In this document: positions 14,129-27,699 of the stretch, piece by piece
Position numbering within the stretch: position 1 is the stretch's first letter
Layout: the number at the start of each line of letters is the position of its first letter
Source of the DNA: Paraphysomonas bandaiensis
Taxonomy: Eukaryota; Protista; Chrysophyceae
Length of the DNA stretch: 64,000 nt
Assembly (NCBI GenBank): GCA_965644295.1
Contig: CBFFRP010000312.1
Location: 33,243 to 97,242 of the forward strand
Direction of reading: 5' to 3'
Made by a program: the position numbers and the translations under genes
The notes under the pieces: model-generated
Databases searched by the model: none
Seen by the model: only the letters and a program-made list of their open reading frames with translations
What the model was told of the DNA's origin: nothing

Positions 14129-14884
14129 TAGTTTTTTCTTAAGAAATATATATATGTTTATTAGCGTGGGTTATTACAATCCAGACTTAACACGACAATC
14201 TACTGAACATTTTTTGACACTAACAATTTCTGCTGAACAGTATAGTGTGCAGTTGCTTCTCAATTTCCTAGTAAACCTGTTGTATAAGCATTAGGGATAT
14301 CTTAGTACGTAGATAATGAGTAGGACAACTATTCCTTCATAAAAAAGGTAATACCACTACAACTAATACGCGATTTACGAAAAATCGACTGCGTTCACAA
14401 ACTACAGATGGAGAATAACAGCTTGATCTGAAATCTAAATGATGTCCCGGTACAATTTGATGACTTGTGAGAGGTTGTTTTAGACACCTTGAAATGTTAA
14501 TGTTTCTGCGTGCATATCGGCAAAACAATTACAATATATTGATGCTGCTTCCTAGATATATATGGCAGTGAAAAGTCGTGCAGGACGACTACTATCTGAC
14601 ATTTTGAGTTCCTTGTCGATAAATGTTACTTAACTAATGAAACACATATAAATAGACTGTTAACTACTATTACACTCACTGATTCATCACTAAGAAAACC
14701 GAAAGCATTTACAAGAAACTATGTTTGAATCTTATTACACGTTTTCGACATAGGCAAAATTGACGAATCATGATACTCGACTGAACTGCAATTACCTTTC
14801 TATATTCAGTCGGTATATATCCCTATACCACACTTATTTCAGGACAAAGAATTTGAAGAAATTGGCAAAGTGATGACAGAGAAA

Positions 14885-16984
14885 TCATCGATACCCCGAA
14901 TGTTTAGACCCACGTTGCTGAAGAGCGGGAAGCCGAGTAACTCTCGAGTCCGCAACTGGGGCAGAGGCTACTTTTCGCGTTGGTTGCGTTGCGCCAACCC
15001 CTTGCGATGAAAACCCCATGTGGTTAAATTGTGAAAACAGTTGTGACTGTCCCCCCGAAGTCTGTCCATAGGAATCAGAGCGGTCTTGACGTTGAATATA
15101 CTTTGAGGCCTTACTGGACGAGGAGTGCTGCAAAACACTCCCGCCCCGTACAACCCCCTGTGGCTGTACACGATCCCTTCTGGATGTGAGATCTTCTGAA
15201 CCCGATCCATATCTTTCGATCCGACCGCTGCTCCTGCTGCTGTCCTTTTCGACTCGTGAGCTGCTGCTTTCTGCCACTTCCTGGTCTTGCTTTAACCGCT
15301 GAAGACCCTGCAGGAAAAATCGACGCTTATGTTTTTTTTCCTGCTTTGCGATCATCTCCACTTTCTGCGGGGATGGGGAAGGTGGAGCACTTTTGCTGCG
15401 CGATAGTGATTTGGGGTTGGGGCCACCGTCGCCTTCACTCATGGTAGAGTCACTGCGTTGAAGAGAACGAGAGTACTCGACACGACCTTCATCCGCCTCA
15501 GTGGCGTGTGCATCCGATTCAGTTCTGCCATGGGTAGGGTGCTGGTTCCCAGATGCTTGGCGGGAAAGTGATGTGCTCTTTTTGATGGGGGAGGGCTCCA
15601 AAAATATGGAATCATCGCATGGGCGATTAACTTCTTCCCGGACCATCGCTTGCAGTTGCTCAAGACTGTAGTCCTCACGTTCGAAATCAAAAAACTTCTC
15701 ATCCACTCGACGGGGCATAGTATCTTCACTGTATTCACATAAAACCTGTGCGTCTTGAATGTAGGGATACTCGAGAGCTTCCGCTGCGGATGGACGGCGG
15801 TTGGGATTAAGGTCCATTAGAACCTCGAGAAGTTCCAGAGCTTCAGGAGAGGCTTGCGGAATAAAGCTCGCGAGGGACTTCCCGCTGTATCTGCACCGGC
15901 GATCTAAAAATGAGGTAGCTTCTGAGCTCAGTTCAAATCCTAAATCCGCTGGCCCATGGTATCCTCGCACCTCTAGGATAAGCTGTACTTGATTGGCGTG
16001 GCTCTTGCCAGGAAATAATGGCTTGCGCTTAATGAGCTCACCGATAATGCACCTAAAAATTAATGACAAAAAGTTCGTCAGTTAAGTAATATAGACAGCA
16101 TGAAAAGAGCGCACCCGATCGACCATATGTCTATAGCAGCACTGTAGGGTTGGGTGGGACTCAAGAGCAGTTCTGGGCAACGGTACCACCTCGTTACCAC
16201 GTACTCCGTGAGCGGGTTTTGGCGGTTATTCCCAGAAAGCGTATCCTCGTCCATGAATCGAGCGAGGCCAAAATCCGTAATACGCAATTGACAATCTGAA
16301 GCAGCACAAGTGTAACAAATGCGTAACAATAATAAAACCCAAACGTACCTTTGCTGACAAGCAGGTTTCCTGGCTTGAGATCACGGTCTATACACAGATA
16401 TACGTCAGAACAATGTGTGTCAATATAAAGTATCACTTACGAAACACGCCAATTTCGTGCATCGCTTTGATTCCCTCCAACATTTGTCTCGCAAAACATT
16501 TGTAGTGCATGTCATTCAGTGGCTGCTTGCTCTGTATAATGCGGTGCAAGTCGCAATCCATAAGCTGGCCAAAAAAATGTCAAATCATGTATATATGGGT
16601 AAGATACATCAACTGAACCTCCATTGACATGTATAGCTCCGCTTTTTCGTCAAATATACTCAGTCCATAAAGCGCGATCACCTAATCAACAGCATATCAT
16701 AAAAAGAAATACTAAACACTCAAACATACGTTTGGATGTCGTCCAAGTAGTTTCATGAGACGAATTTCTCGTAACGTGTGTCGCGCATCCCACTCATCAT
16801 TAGCAAACGGTCGTATTCTCTTAATCGCAATGGTCTCTTGGCGGACGTTATCGAAAGCAGTACACACGACCCCAAATGATCCTCGACCAAGAATTTTCCC
16901 TGGTTGATATCGTCTGTCTATAGTGAATGTGTGTCCCTGAACCACCGTAGCCACAAGATTACTGTTCGCATCAACTCTTGACAT
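14885..16984 (-). CDS. TEY-type MAP kinase with a long disordered C-terminal extension
   Basis: [19 protein letters not shown]-like [26 protein letters not shown] and [17 protein letters not shown]. Canonical GT-AG introns. Confidence 0.96.
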
Positions 16985-17557
16985 GATAGAGGAGTTGTTA
17001 GTAGAGGTGAAGGGGAGGATGGAAGGAGATTGTGTGTGTTTGTTTCAGTGTCTGTGTGTGTCTGTATATGTATGTGTGTATTAGTGTCTGGAGTGTAGCA
17101 TAAGTATATATAAGCGACACGAGTGAGCTAATAATGAAGATGTAACTGATAGAGGAATGATGGGATCGACACTCTTCAACTGCTCGTACACTTTACAGAA
17201 TTAATCAGTCACGAGTCACTATGCTTCAGATGTTAGGAATATATATGTATGTATGTATGTATGTATAGACATGTACACACACAGTGAGGTCGACCTCGAC
17301 AGGGCCTCTATATGTATGTTAGTTATACTGCGCTGCATGCGGGACTCTTCATACTGTTTTCTACGCATCGTATCGTCGTACGACACATCACACACACACA
17401 CATACACTGCTGCTGTAGACGTGGATAGTACTGCACGAGATCACTGCACAGGTACAGACAAAAGAAACCGGCGAGGAACAATACAGACTGTATATTCACA
17501 GTAGTTTGCAGTATTACACATATGGAGATGATGCATATCCGTTGAGCCTCATAGCTA

Positions 17558-18729
17558 CACCATCTTGCTATAGGATCTCACAGCACCATCTTGCTATAGG
17601 ATCTCACAGCACCATCTTGCTGTGGGATCTCACAGCACCATCTTGCTATAGGATCTCACAGCACCATCTTGCTGTGGGATCTCACAGCACCATCTTGCTA
17701 TGGGATCTTACAGCACCATCTTGCTATAGGATCTCACAGCACCATCTTGCTGTGGGATCTTACAGCACCATCTTGCTGTGGGATCTCACAGCACCATCTT
17801 GCTATGGGATCTTACAGCACCATCTTGCTATGGGATCTCACAGCACCATCTTGCTATGGGATCTCACAGCACCATCTTGCTATGGGATCTCACAGCACCA
17901 TCTTGCTATGGGATCTCACAGCACCATCTTGCTATGGGATCTCACAGCACCATCTTGCTGTGGGATCTCACAGCACCATCTTGCTATGGGATCTCACAGC
18001 ACCATCTTGCTATGGGATCTTACAGCACCATCTTGCTATGGGATCTTACAGCACCATCTTGCTATGGGATCTCACAGCACCATCTTGCTATGGGATCTCA
18101 CAGCACCATCTTGCTATGGGATCTTACAGCACCATCTTGCTATAGGATCTCACAGCACCATCTTGCTATGGGATCTCACAGCACCATCTTGCTATGGGAT
18201 CTCACAGCACCATCTTGCTATGGGATCTCACAGCACCATCTTGCTATGGGATCTCACAGCACCATCTTGCTATAGGATCTCACAGCACCATCTTGCTATG
18301 GGATCTCACAGCACCATCTTGCTATAGGATCTCACAGCACCATCTTGCTATGGGATCTTACAGCACCATCTTGCTATGGGATCTCACAGCACCATCTTGC
18401 TATGGGATCTCACAGCACCATCTTGCTATGGGATCTCACAGCACCATCTTGCTATGGGATCTCACAGCACCATCTTGCTATGGGATCTTACAGCACCATC
18501 TTGCTATAGGATCTCACAGCACCATCTTGCTATAGGATCTCACAGCACCATCTTGCTATGGGATCTCACAGCACCATCTTGCTATGGGATCTCACAGCAC
18601 CATCTTGCTATAGGATCTCACAGCACCATCTTGCTATGGGATCTCACAGCACCATCTTGCTATGGGATCTCACAGCACCATCTTGCTATGGGATCTTACA
18701 GCACCATCTTGCTATAGGATCTTACAGCA
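17558..18729. repeat. 26-bp minisatellite, ~45 tandem copies of CACAGCACCATCTTGCTATGGGATCT
   Basis: Directly visible head-to-tail array without spacers. Only three variable positions, all transitions. Confidence 0.99.
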
Positions 18730-19562
18730 TCTATGGTGTGGAATGTACTATATGAATGCTGTTTATCTCTACCATTAACCTGGAATGGAGCCCATACTGT
18801 AACTACCACACCACTGTATAATCACTCCGCCGATAACTATATAGGGAGGGCGTCAGTCTTGATGAGAGTGTAGCAACAGTAGAGGAAATTATTTATTTTC
18901 ATGATGAACTAGAGATTATGGGTCTAAGAAACGAGGAGACGTCTACACTCTATAGGATGGCTGGAAGTCAACAGTGGTATTTAAAGTAGCTCACAATAGA
19001 TGGCAAACAATATTGTGAGCTTCTTTACTGTGGGATGCAATATGCAATACTCCATGTATAGAATATAGAATATACCTCGTTATGACAACGATTTCAACAA
19101 TACAGAGGGTGATGAAGCTGATACTGGAGTGCGATAGTATTGTTGAGCCGATTCCAAAACCTTCATCAATAGTATTGCTATATATTGATACTGTCTTGTA
19201 CTGATATCACATTTAAGGGACTATATAAAGTGCAGAACATAGATGTGGACTGGAACATAGATTTTCAATATTGTTGGCCTACAGGCTAGAAAGTCATAGC
19301 AGTCAAGGCTGCACTATGATTTCGGTCTACAGGGCGAGCTTCGATTACAATAATGTCAATACTAAAATGTTGATATTTAACAGCCTGTTTATTTTATAGT
19401 TTACACGTCAAATAGGCATATAAGATTCTATGAGCTATGATAACATAAGCTACTTAATATATAATCTATCACTGTATCAAAATAAGAATCCGTCTTTTAA
19501 ATAGTAAAATGCAAGGCGCTATATATATCCAACACCAGTGTGTATGAATTATCGATACACAG

Positions 19563-22500
19563 TTAAGAATCTCTAAACGAGGTAGGATCAGGAAAAGTCA
19601 GATCTGGATCACTTTTCATTTGATCCTTTCTCGGTGAATCAGGAACAGCTGATGCCCAGTGATCTGTTGGATGCACTCGAGATGTCCCTTTAAAAATACT
19701 TTCCCCTCCCGGTTTAAAAGAAATAGATGCATCAGGTATATCACATACAGCATCCTTATGTTCAGTAAACTGGTGTTTCGCTCCCAGGGGTCTGTATTCA
19801 CTTGCAGTTGGAGTTTTTTTCTGGGGTCTAGTGACACTTGAAATATCCTCACCGAGTGCCATTTTCCCATTTCGCCTTACCAGCGGAATACCCAATTTCG
19901 TGAAAGCGCTACGTATAGTGTCAGGATTCCCAAATACCAGTACTCGGTCATCTCCATTAACTGTGGTCTCCACTGGTGGATTAGTGAACACATACGGCAG
20001 TATTCCTTCGTTTCTCGGAAGAGGAGTTCGGTATAGCGCAAGAGGAAGCAGCTATAAAATTAATAACATTACCACATACTACAGACGTTAGAAACTTACT
20101 CCTCGTGAGTTGAGGGCTCTGAACATATCCTTATACTTCCTGCCGAAGAATGTGCTAGGAATGGGCACATGGTAAAGCATTTGCGTATCCTGTCCGCACA
20201 CTAATTTTTCACAGAGCTGTGGTGCCACAGTTCCAAAAAAACTCTGCAAACAATATTACTTGTGCATTACCCACTACTGTTGAATTCACCTGACACAACA
20301 TTGAGTCGAAAGAAGAAGGGACAACCGCTCTCCCTGCAGCGAATATTGGCAGAATATGGTGCGTGTCGTCGACTCCCCAGCAGTTTCCGGTTTGTATCTG
20401 TAACAAAATGCATTATCATGAAACTGCGTGACAGATAGATTTCCAACCTTCTGTTGTTCATTCTTCTTTGTATTAGCTTCAGACCGACTCAATGCGGTCA
20501 CTGATGACATTCGCATCACTTCAGGACCCTTGCCCTGCCCTTGTCCGTGCACAGGCGATGAAGGTGACAGGTGGATCGCAGTGCTCTGTCTGTGTCTACT
20601 AAATTTTCCGCTTGTTAGCTGCACAGTACCTTTGTACTTTTCAAAAGCAACTTCGGTCTTCATTTGACCCAAAAGAACATCTATATTAATGCTATTGCGG
20701 AATTTGTAGCTTCCTTTCAAACAGGACGCCAATCCAGTTCCTGCGTCACCCCATAATGGCCCCTGACTGTTAATGTCACGCTCAATTTTACTCCTTCTCA
20801 CAATTGCAGAGTTTAACACACCCATATTATTGGGACAAGAGAGCTCAACAGTAAAAAAAACATCGCGGGGAACAAACCTTTCCATCTTGAGATACATAAA
20901 TATGGCGTCTGCATCAACATTAAAGGTTTCATCCACATTTATACGCTCTCTGGAGGCAAGAAGAACAAGGGCATAAGCAGCTCGCACATTCATCAGTGTC
21001 AGCTCTTGATTTGATGAAACATTGCTATCCAAGAAAAAGACATCGTCGTATCGACTCTGAATCTGGCGCCACTTCCTTGGTTCTCCCGGGTTAACGATTA
21101 AGATTTGGTGATATGCATCATCAACAACTAACTCCTTTCTTAACTCACTCACAAAAAGTAAAATATGATCCATACAGCCGAATACAATTACATGCCCGCT
21201 GAGATCAGCAGCGTCATCTATTTCTTCAGATGGAACTCCAAATCTCTGTGACGCATTAATTTCAGCTGAACCGTCAGCTTCCAAGCTCGGAAACGCAGTA
21301 TTCAACGACCCTCTACGGCGTCGATTAACCGCAGGCGGTGATCGCATCACCGAAGCGACTCGGCGCGCGACGCCCGAACCAACTGGCGCAGATTGTGCAT
21401 TCGAACTCTGTATGATTTCCCCGGCACCCGACTCACTCCTTCCAAGTGCACTCCTACTAGGCGATTTCTTCATGGCTTCTGCTGACGCATCATCCTCATG
21501 AACGCTGCTTACGCGAGTCGATAAAACTCTTCGTAACTTTCTCTTTTCTTCATTCTCCGCCTGAAACTTTGATACCAGCGCTGCTATACTCTGAGATTGT
21601 TCTATCTGGTCATCAAGTGGAAGTTTCTTGTTTTTACTCTCAAGAGGAGATGAACCCTTTGGTGGACTTTGACTACTAGTGGGACCATTCATCACTGCCG
21701 CCATCCTGGCCATAGACGCAACGTCTTTCATGGATTTTCTTCCTTTCCGTTTGGTCACTGAGTTCAATCTTGTTTGTTGTAACGCTGTCATAATACTTGC
21801 AGGTTTCGTTGCTGCCGGTATGGACATCGTATCATCTTCACCTGACATCTGTTGAAGAGCCGCCCTTCGAGCGATAGACGCAAACTTTCCTTTAGCTCCA
21901 TTTCCTACACTTTCATGCTTCTGAGATTTTACTGCACGAACCAGTGACGCAGCATGCTTGAGTGACTTAAGTTTGTTCTTTTTAACAATCATATTCTTCA
22001 TGCTATTCATATTGGTCACCTTTCCTGCCGAAGCTTTCATTTGAAGAACTGCCTTTTTTGATACTAGCGATAGATCCCTCATATCCCGCATTTGTGGAGT
22101 GTCATCATCGTCCAAAAGTTCAAGGATTTCGGAAGTTTCGTTTGGAAGACTCTTGAAAGAATTATTCCGACTCAATGTTTGATCGGGTGAGAAGCTGTTA
22201 AGTTCCCGCGATGAGGTTGGTGTCCTAAAGAGACTTCTATGTGAAGTGGAGCGCGAGCTTTCTGCGACACTTTGTAGTGAAAACTTCCGTAGCATTTCAG
22301 TATCTCTTGAATCTTCAGTACTGGTGGAGTGTGTAGCTACGGCGGCTCCTAACCTAGGTTGAGGCATAGTCTTTTGGTTCGCAGGATTATCCACATATCC
22401 CAAAAAATTCTCATCGTTTTCTTCTGACGAGTCAGTATCAAATCCAGAAATTGTGTCGTCCCCGCCCCTACTCAGCACGGTATCTCGCTTGCGAGCAGTC

Positions 22501-24623
22501 GCAAAATCATTTTCTATCCGTCCCTGTGCCTGTCCCATCTGCAAAATGGCTTTCAGGTGGTGGGAAAATGAAGACGTCATGCTACTACTCGACACTATGC
22601 GGACGAGTTCTGTGGTGGGTTCTGTGTTCACATCTTTATGTTTACGTACAGCAAACTGGCCCTCTGCCACTACCATATTAGTTAGCATGCGATCCATGAG
22701 CACAGTGTCTGTCATTGCGTATCCGATGGCACTCGCAACAGCGTTATTTGGGGCCAGCAGCACCCCAACATTGAACTTCTTGAAAAAAGCTGGGGCCGAG
22801 CTGAATTTCTTTCTTTCATATTGTTTGGGGTTGTAACAAACGCTCTGATCTTCTTCACAATATACCCCCACAAGTGTGCATTCAAATTCAAGAAATATAG
22901 CCTCCACTAATAAGGGCCAAGAAAATCCTAGCATAGAAAAGAAACTGTGATCGATGGGAACATAGTATAGCTCCATTCCAACCCCATAGGTGTACTCAGA
23001 GAGCCAGTTATCACCAATTTTGTGGGCAGAATATTTCCCGCAAGTAGAAGAGAAGCTGTGAAAGAGATTTTCCACCAGAGTTGCCAGACCAGGGCAAATA
23101 GCATTTCTACACTGTAATGTGGTTTTATATTCGTCCAGACAAAGAACAAAGTCTGCATCACTATCCTTGAGTAGGTCACGATCTTGAGACCGTAATACTT
23201 GGACAAGACAATCCAGTCTGGTGGTAAAGTTGTTGACAGAAAGGGTCCTTAGGACAGTGGCTGCATCATCCAACACAGCATCCTCCTCGTCCACCTCCAC
23301 ATTGCTCAGGAAGAACATACCCGAGGCAACATCTGCACGAACTTTCTGTAGGTCTTCCATATTTAGTGCAGACCCGATGACATATGAGACCCGACTGTCA
23401 AATAGAGGAGAGAAGATCAAGTCCTTCACATCTTCGGTTGGCTCAGTAGGGCAGAGAATCACCAGATGTAACTCAGGGGTGTTGGCAGCATACCGGTCAG
23501 GGTGGAAAAATTCCCGAAATATGCGTGAGAGCCTCCATTTGTCGTTGACATGTCCACAGATAATGATATGGCTTTCGTGAGGACGGGCATTATAAGTGGT
23601 TCTAAATGGTGAGTTCATGGCGAGAAGGGTCTGAAGCTTGTTTATTTGCATCGGGATTACAATTAAGGCGGTTACAATTAGCATTAAAGTTGCTACTCTT
23701 GACGCATCATTGGTTGGCATGAAGTCACCGTAACCCACAACTGATATCGTCACAACTACAAAGTAGAGACCTTCGAAGAAACCCAAAGACCGACAACGAA
23801 TCTTGGATGGCTCGTGCTGCCTGTCGTGAATATCATGCAGTGCGTAGCAGTTTTTTTCCTTGCAATCACACGTTGGGTCATTATAAGAAGAGAAGTCAGC
23901 ATCACACGATGGTTCATAGTTTGTCTTCTTGCTGATGTATTGGCAGTCATAATGTAGTTCATTTACGTCATTTTCGGTGAGGTTGATTATTCCAGCAGCA
24001 ACAAATGTTAGACTTACTAGAGCCAACATGAGGGTAACAAGCTGTCTCTTCACGCCACTGAAACCACCTAACAGCCGAAATATTCGCAATATTCTAATCA
24101 ATCGAAGTATTGTTACAAATCTAAGCCAAGATACATTTGGAACATGCGGAATGTACATCAAATATGTCGGTAAAATTGTAACTATATCAATCCATGCGAT
24201 TGCTGATTTAAAAAATGTGACAGTACTGCTTGAAATGAACCAATTCAAAAGAAAGTCGACCAGAAAAAACTGCGTTATGACATCTTCAATAATGACATAA
24301 ACCTGAATCGAATAATACGAATCTTGGTATCTCTCAGCCACATATATCGCACAGGCAAGCAGCGATAAAGCCACTTGCAATAAATCCCAAAACTTTCCGA
24401 TCGGTGAGTTATATTTTACAGATAAGAGGTATTTTCTGATCAACGATAAATCTAAGCATCCGCCATCATCAGTGAGTGCAGGCCACCACCCACTGCACCT
24501 CTCCTTCTCGACCTCATCAGGTCCACGCATTGACTGCGATCTTATTGAGAAGTTTGTTTGTGATTTCCCCACCACTCCCAGTTGATATGAATTCATGTTC
24601 GCGGCTTTACGTTTTGTTGACAT
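19563..24623 (-). CDS. Slo/BK-family (6TM + two RCK) potassium channel alpha subunit
   Basis: S1-S6 with an Arg-rich S4 (LRFVTILRLIRILRIFR) and pore YFVVVTISVVGYGDF. RCK1 HIIICGH...DLQKVRADVA, RCK2 GHVIVFG, PIFAAGR, and final exon YVFTNPPVETTVNGDDRVLVF. One ~4.2-kb exon plus short 3' exons. Confidence 0.93.
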
Positions 24624-25379
24624 GGATGTTGTGCTTAGTTCAGCACATGGCTATATATACAGACATCTATATGGAGTACATGCTTATATCTGCGATGTGT
24701 ACTGTACACTCCGCGTTACGTTATCAACTATTCCCAGTACGTTGATTATCAAGCCGACAGAGTAGCTGATAGCCAGCCCACCTTCCCCCACTAACAGTTG
24801 TCTTGATGGTCGATATATGTGTATGTGTATGTGTATGTGTGTGTAGAGTCTCTTAGTCCACTGGCACCAAATATTGGCAGCCCTGTCAACCATCTTCAAA
24901 GCACGGAAAGCACCCTTTTTACGGTCCTAAATGGTCAAAAAAGCTTCAAAACATGTGTTTTATAGAAATTCCAATATTTTCAGGAGTTTTAAGTGGTAAG
25001 GAGGACATTGTTGGGGTTTTGTCCTACTCAAGAATACAGTCCATAGAATACAGAGTAATACGTAGAAAATGCTGAGAAATATATCGCCAAATGGCCGTTT
25101 CTTTTAATTGAGTGTATACTGTATGAGTATGTATAAGGTATGTACAGAGCAGTGTGGACTGCTGTATATAGGACTGTATATGTGTGTATGTGTGTATGTA
25201 TGTATCCTCAGCTGTTGTATTGTACACAGAGACTGCTAGACGCATATATAAACAAGAGGAGCCCTCAGCTCAGCTCAGCTCAGAAACAACACACACGAAG
25301 AGATAACCCTGAGAGCACTTCATAACCATCACTAACAAACATAAAGATACAATAATCGTCATAACCCGCTCACTATCAT

Positions 25380-27699
25380 ATGAAAATACTTTTAGTGGAC
25401 GCCTTCAGCGACAACAAACAGGGAAAAGATGACTTCCATGAATTTTACGGGTTATTTACTAACATAATACACTCCTGTGGTGATATAGTTGATAATGGGA
25501 GCAGAGATATTATGTGTAGACGTCTAGATAATTTAGGAGATATCGTTCTCGACTGGGAGCACTCGGTTCTATCTCCAGATGCTCAGGCGATAAGTATCGC
25601 ATACGATAAAATTGATGTCATATGTGTGTGCGGAGATATGAAAATATTACCATGGGATCCTCAATGTTTCCAATTGATTACGCTTATTCATATGTCTCAT
25701 CTCCTCGGAACACCAGTGCTGACTTGTGGCTCTGGAGCGTATGCGGCGGTTTATACTGTTGCTACTCAAGGGGCGAGATTTCAGGTACTGAATCATCCAA
25801 CAGGAGATTCCCTGGAGAATCTGAAAAAGTTTCCACGATATTTTAAAGGAACAAGTGCTTATCCATGCGGCTGGCTTGATAATGAAACTGGAGATATGTA
25901 CTCCTATGATCCTTCCTCTCGACATTGGAAAGCAGTGTGCAATATCGGCATTTACAGGTGTGATATCTGGAAAATAGTAGCGGTTGAATGCACTTATTGT
26001 TGTAATAGGTTGGCTTCTAATGGGGAGCCTACTCCTGCCAGATTTCGACCGGTAGCAAAGAAACGAGGGGTGTAAGTTTGAGGCCATTATATACTCCACT
26101 AGTTAATTTTTATTCAGGGAGCACCGACTACACCAATTTCAGAAGCCAGAAACCCCTGGTGATAGAGACTGTCTATTGGTTATTCGCAACAAATTCTTTC
26201 ATCACTTCGCGTTAAAGAATTGTAAAGCACCAGCCATTGTTGCAGTTATGATGGATGGGTGGCATTTCAATGTGGATGGTGGACTGCCCCTTAAATGTGG
26301 AATGGAGGTCTTAGGGGATGGTCCTCATGGACCAATGATGTTCCAGCTCGGTAATAGTTTGCACTTAGCTTTTGCTGTTGACAACAGTTTTTCCTGTGAG
26401 CCAGCAAGAAATATTATCAGGGAATACCTTACGTATACGTTCTCCCGGATCTCCGAGCAAGGTCGTCTCTCTATTGGACTCCACGATTATATATTTGTAC
26501 GAAATGGAGGCGGTATCACGGACTCGGCGAAGTTGTCCCAGCCAATGGCGCGACCACTAAATAATCTCCCAGTGAGATCCAGAGTCAGTGGCGGGCCGAC
26601 ACGTGTGGATCCTCCAGTTATAAAAATGGCCGTCACTCCCAATCCTGTAGTACCGATTCCCGGATCTCCGAGGAAAGGCGCAAATCCCGTTCCACAGCTG
26701 AAGTACGTGCGCAAGCCCAAACATAGCAGACACATTCGATTGCATCAGGTCATCAGTCAATGTTACGGGGAAGTACAGACGAATCGCCTTGAGTCTATTG
26801 CTGCAAAGACTACCCTTGATCAACGATCGGTCTCGCCCACTGTGAGTCTGTTCGACAACCAAAGTACTGATATTTATTCTCACAAAGCCACTCGAAAGAG
26901 TACAAGCGCAAGAAACCATTCCCCACGCAGGGCTCGCTCGCCTAGTGTGGACGCAGAGAATATGCAATGTATGTCGGCCCGAGTTCCCGCCTACAATAGA
27001 ACAGTCATTGGTGTCTCTCGAATCCAGCGACCGTCGAGTTGTACGGGAGTGCGTAGGGAAAACAATAATCGAATCAACTGGTGCAACAAGTGGGAAGACG
27101 TCCGAGCTGTCGATGGTACTATGCAAAAACCACAGGTTTTGGACGAAGCTGGAAATAAGAAAGTGCAACCCGTTATATCTCTTGCCGATGAGGTTCAAAT
27201 GAGCTATCTGCCTGTACAACACCCCAAAGGATCTCTGGAGAGTAGCGACAGCCAGGAACCAGTGCGCACGGTGCGCGTGAGACCCTCAAGTTCTAAACCT
27301 TATTCAACAGCTAAAGCATTCGAACGTCTCGTTGAAGAAGAAAATATGCAGAAAGAATATGTTGGTACATTTAGAGGTGGTTACCTGACACCCTACGAAC
27401 GGGACCGCAAAGAGTACATAAACAGCAAGAAGAATTTTGTCGGAGGTACTTTTAAGTCATACTTTGGAAAGGCTTCAGAGATACCTCTTCGGCAAGAGGG
27501 TGCCATCAGACCAAATGGGCCTTTTCCTCCTCCAATAGATTACCACAAAGATAAAACCTACACTCTTCACGGTTCCTGGAATCCAACCGTAAACGTGTTT
27601 TCTCACGAAAAGGAAGGATTAGAAACCAGAAGTAGTAAACCTGGATTTCGGCGTTCGTATTCCAATATATCGAGGAAGCTCTCTGGTCCTATAGTTTAG
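25380..27699 (+). CDS. Hypothetical protein with a class I glutamine-amidotransferase-like N-terminal fold and a basic disordered tail, 3 exons
   Basis: MKILLVDAFS start and TPVLTCGSGAY resemble GATase1 strand 1 and the nucleophile-elbow region. ORFs 25380-26075 and 26176-27699 join via GT|gtaagt...ttcag|G. Confidence 0.6.

Noticed and set aside
17506-18755. Repetitive ORFs and a CRISPR-like appearance of the 26-bp array
   Set aside because: Units are head-to-tail with no unique spacers, there are no cas genes, and the context is eukaryotic. The unit length is not a multiple of three and TAG variants break the frames.
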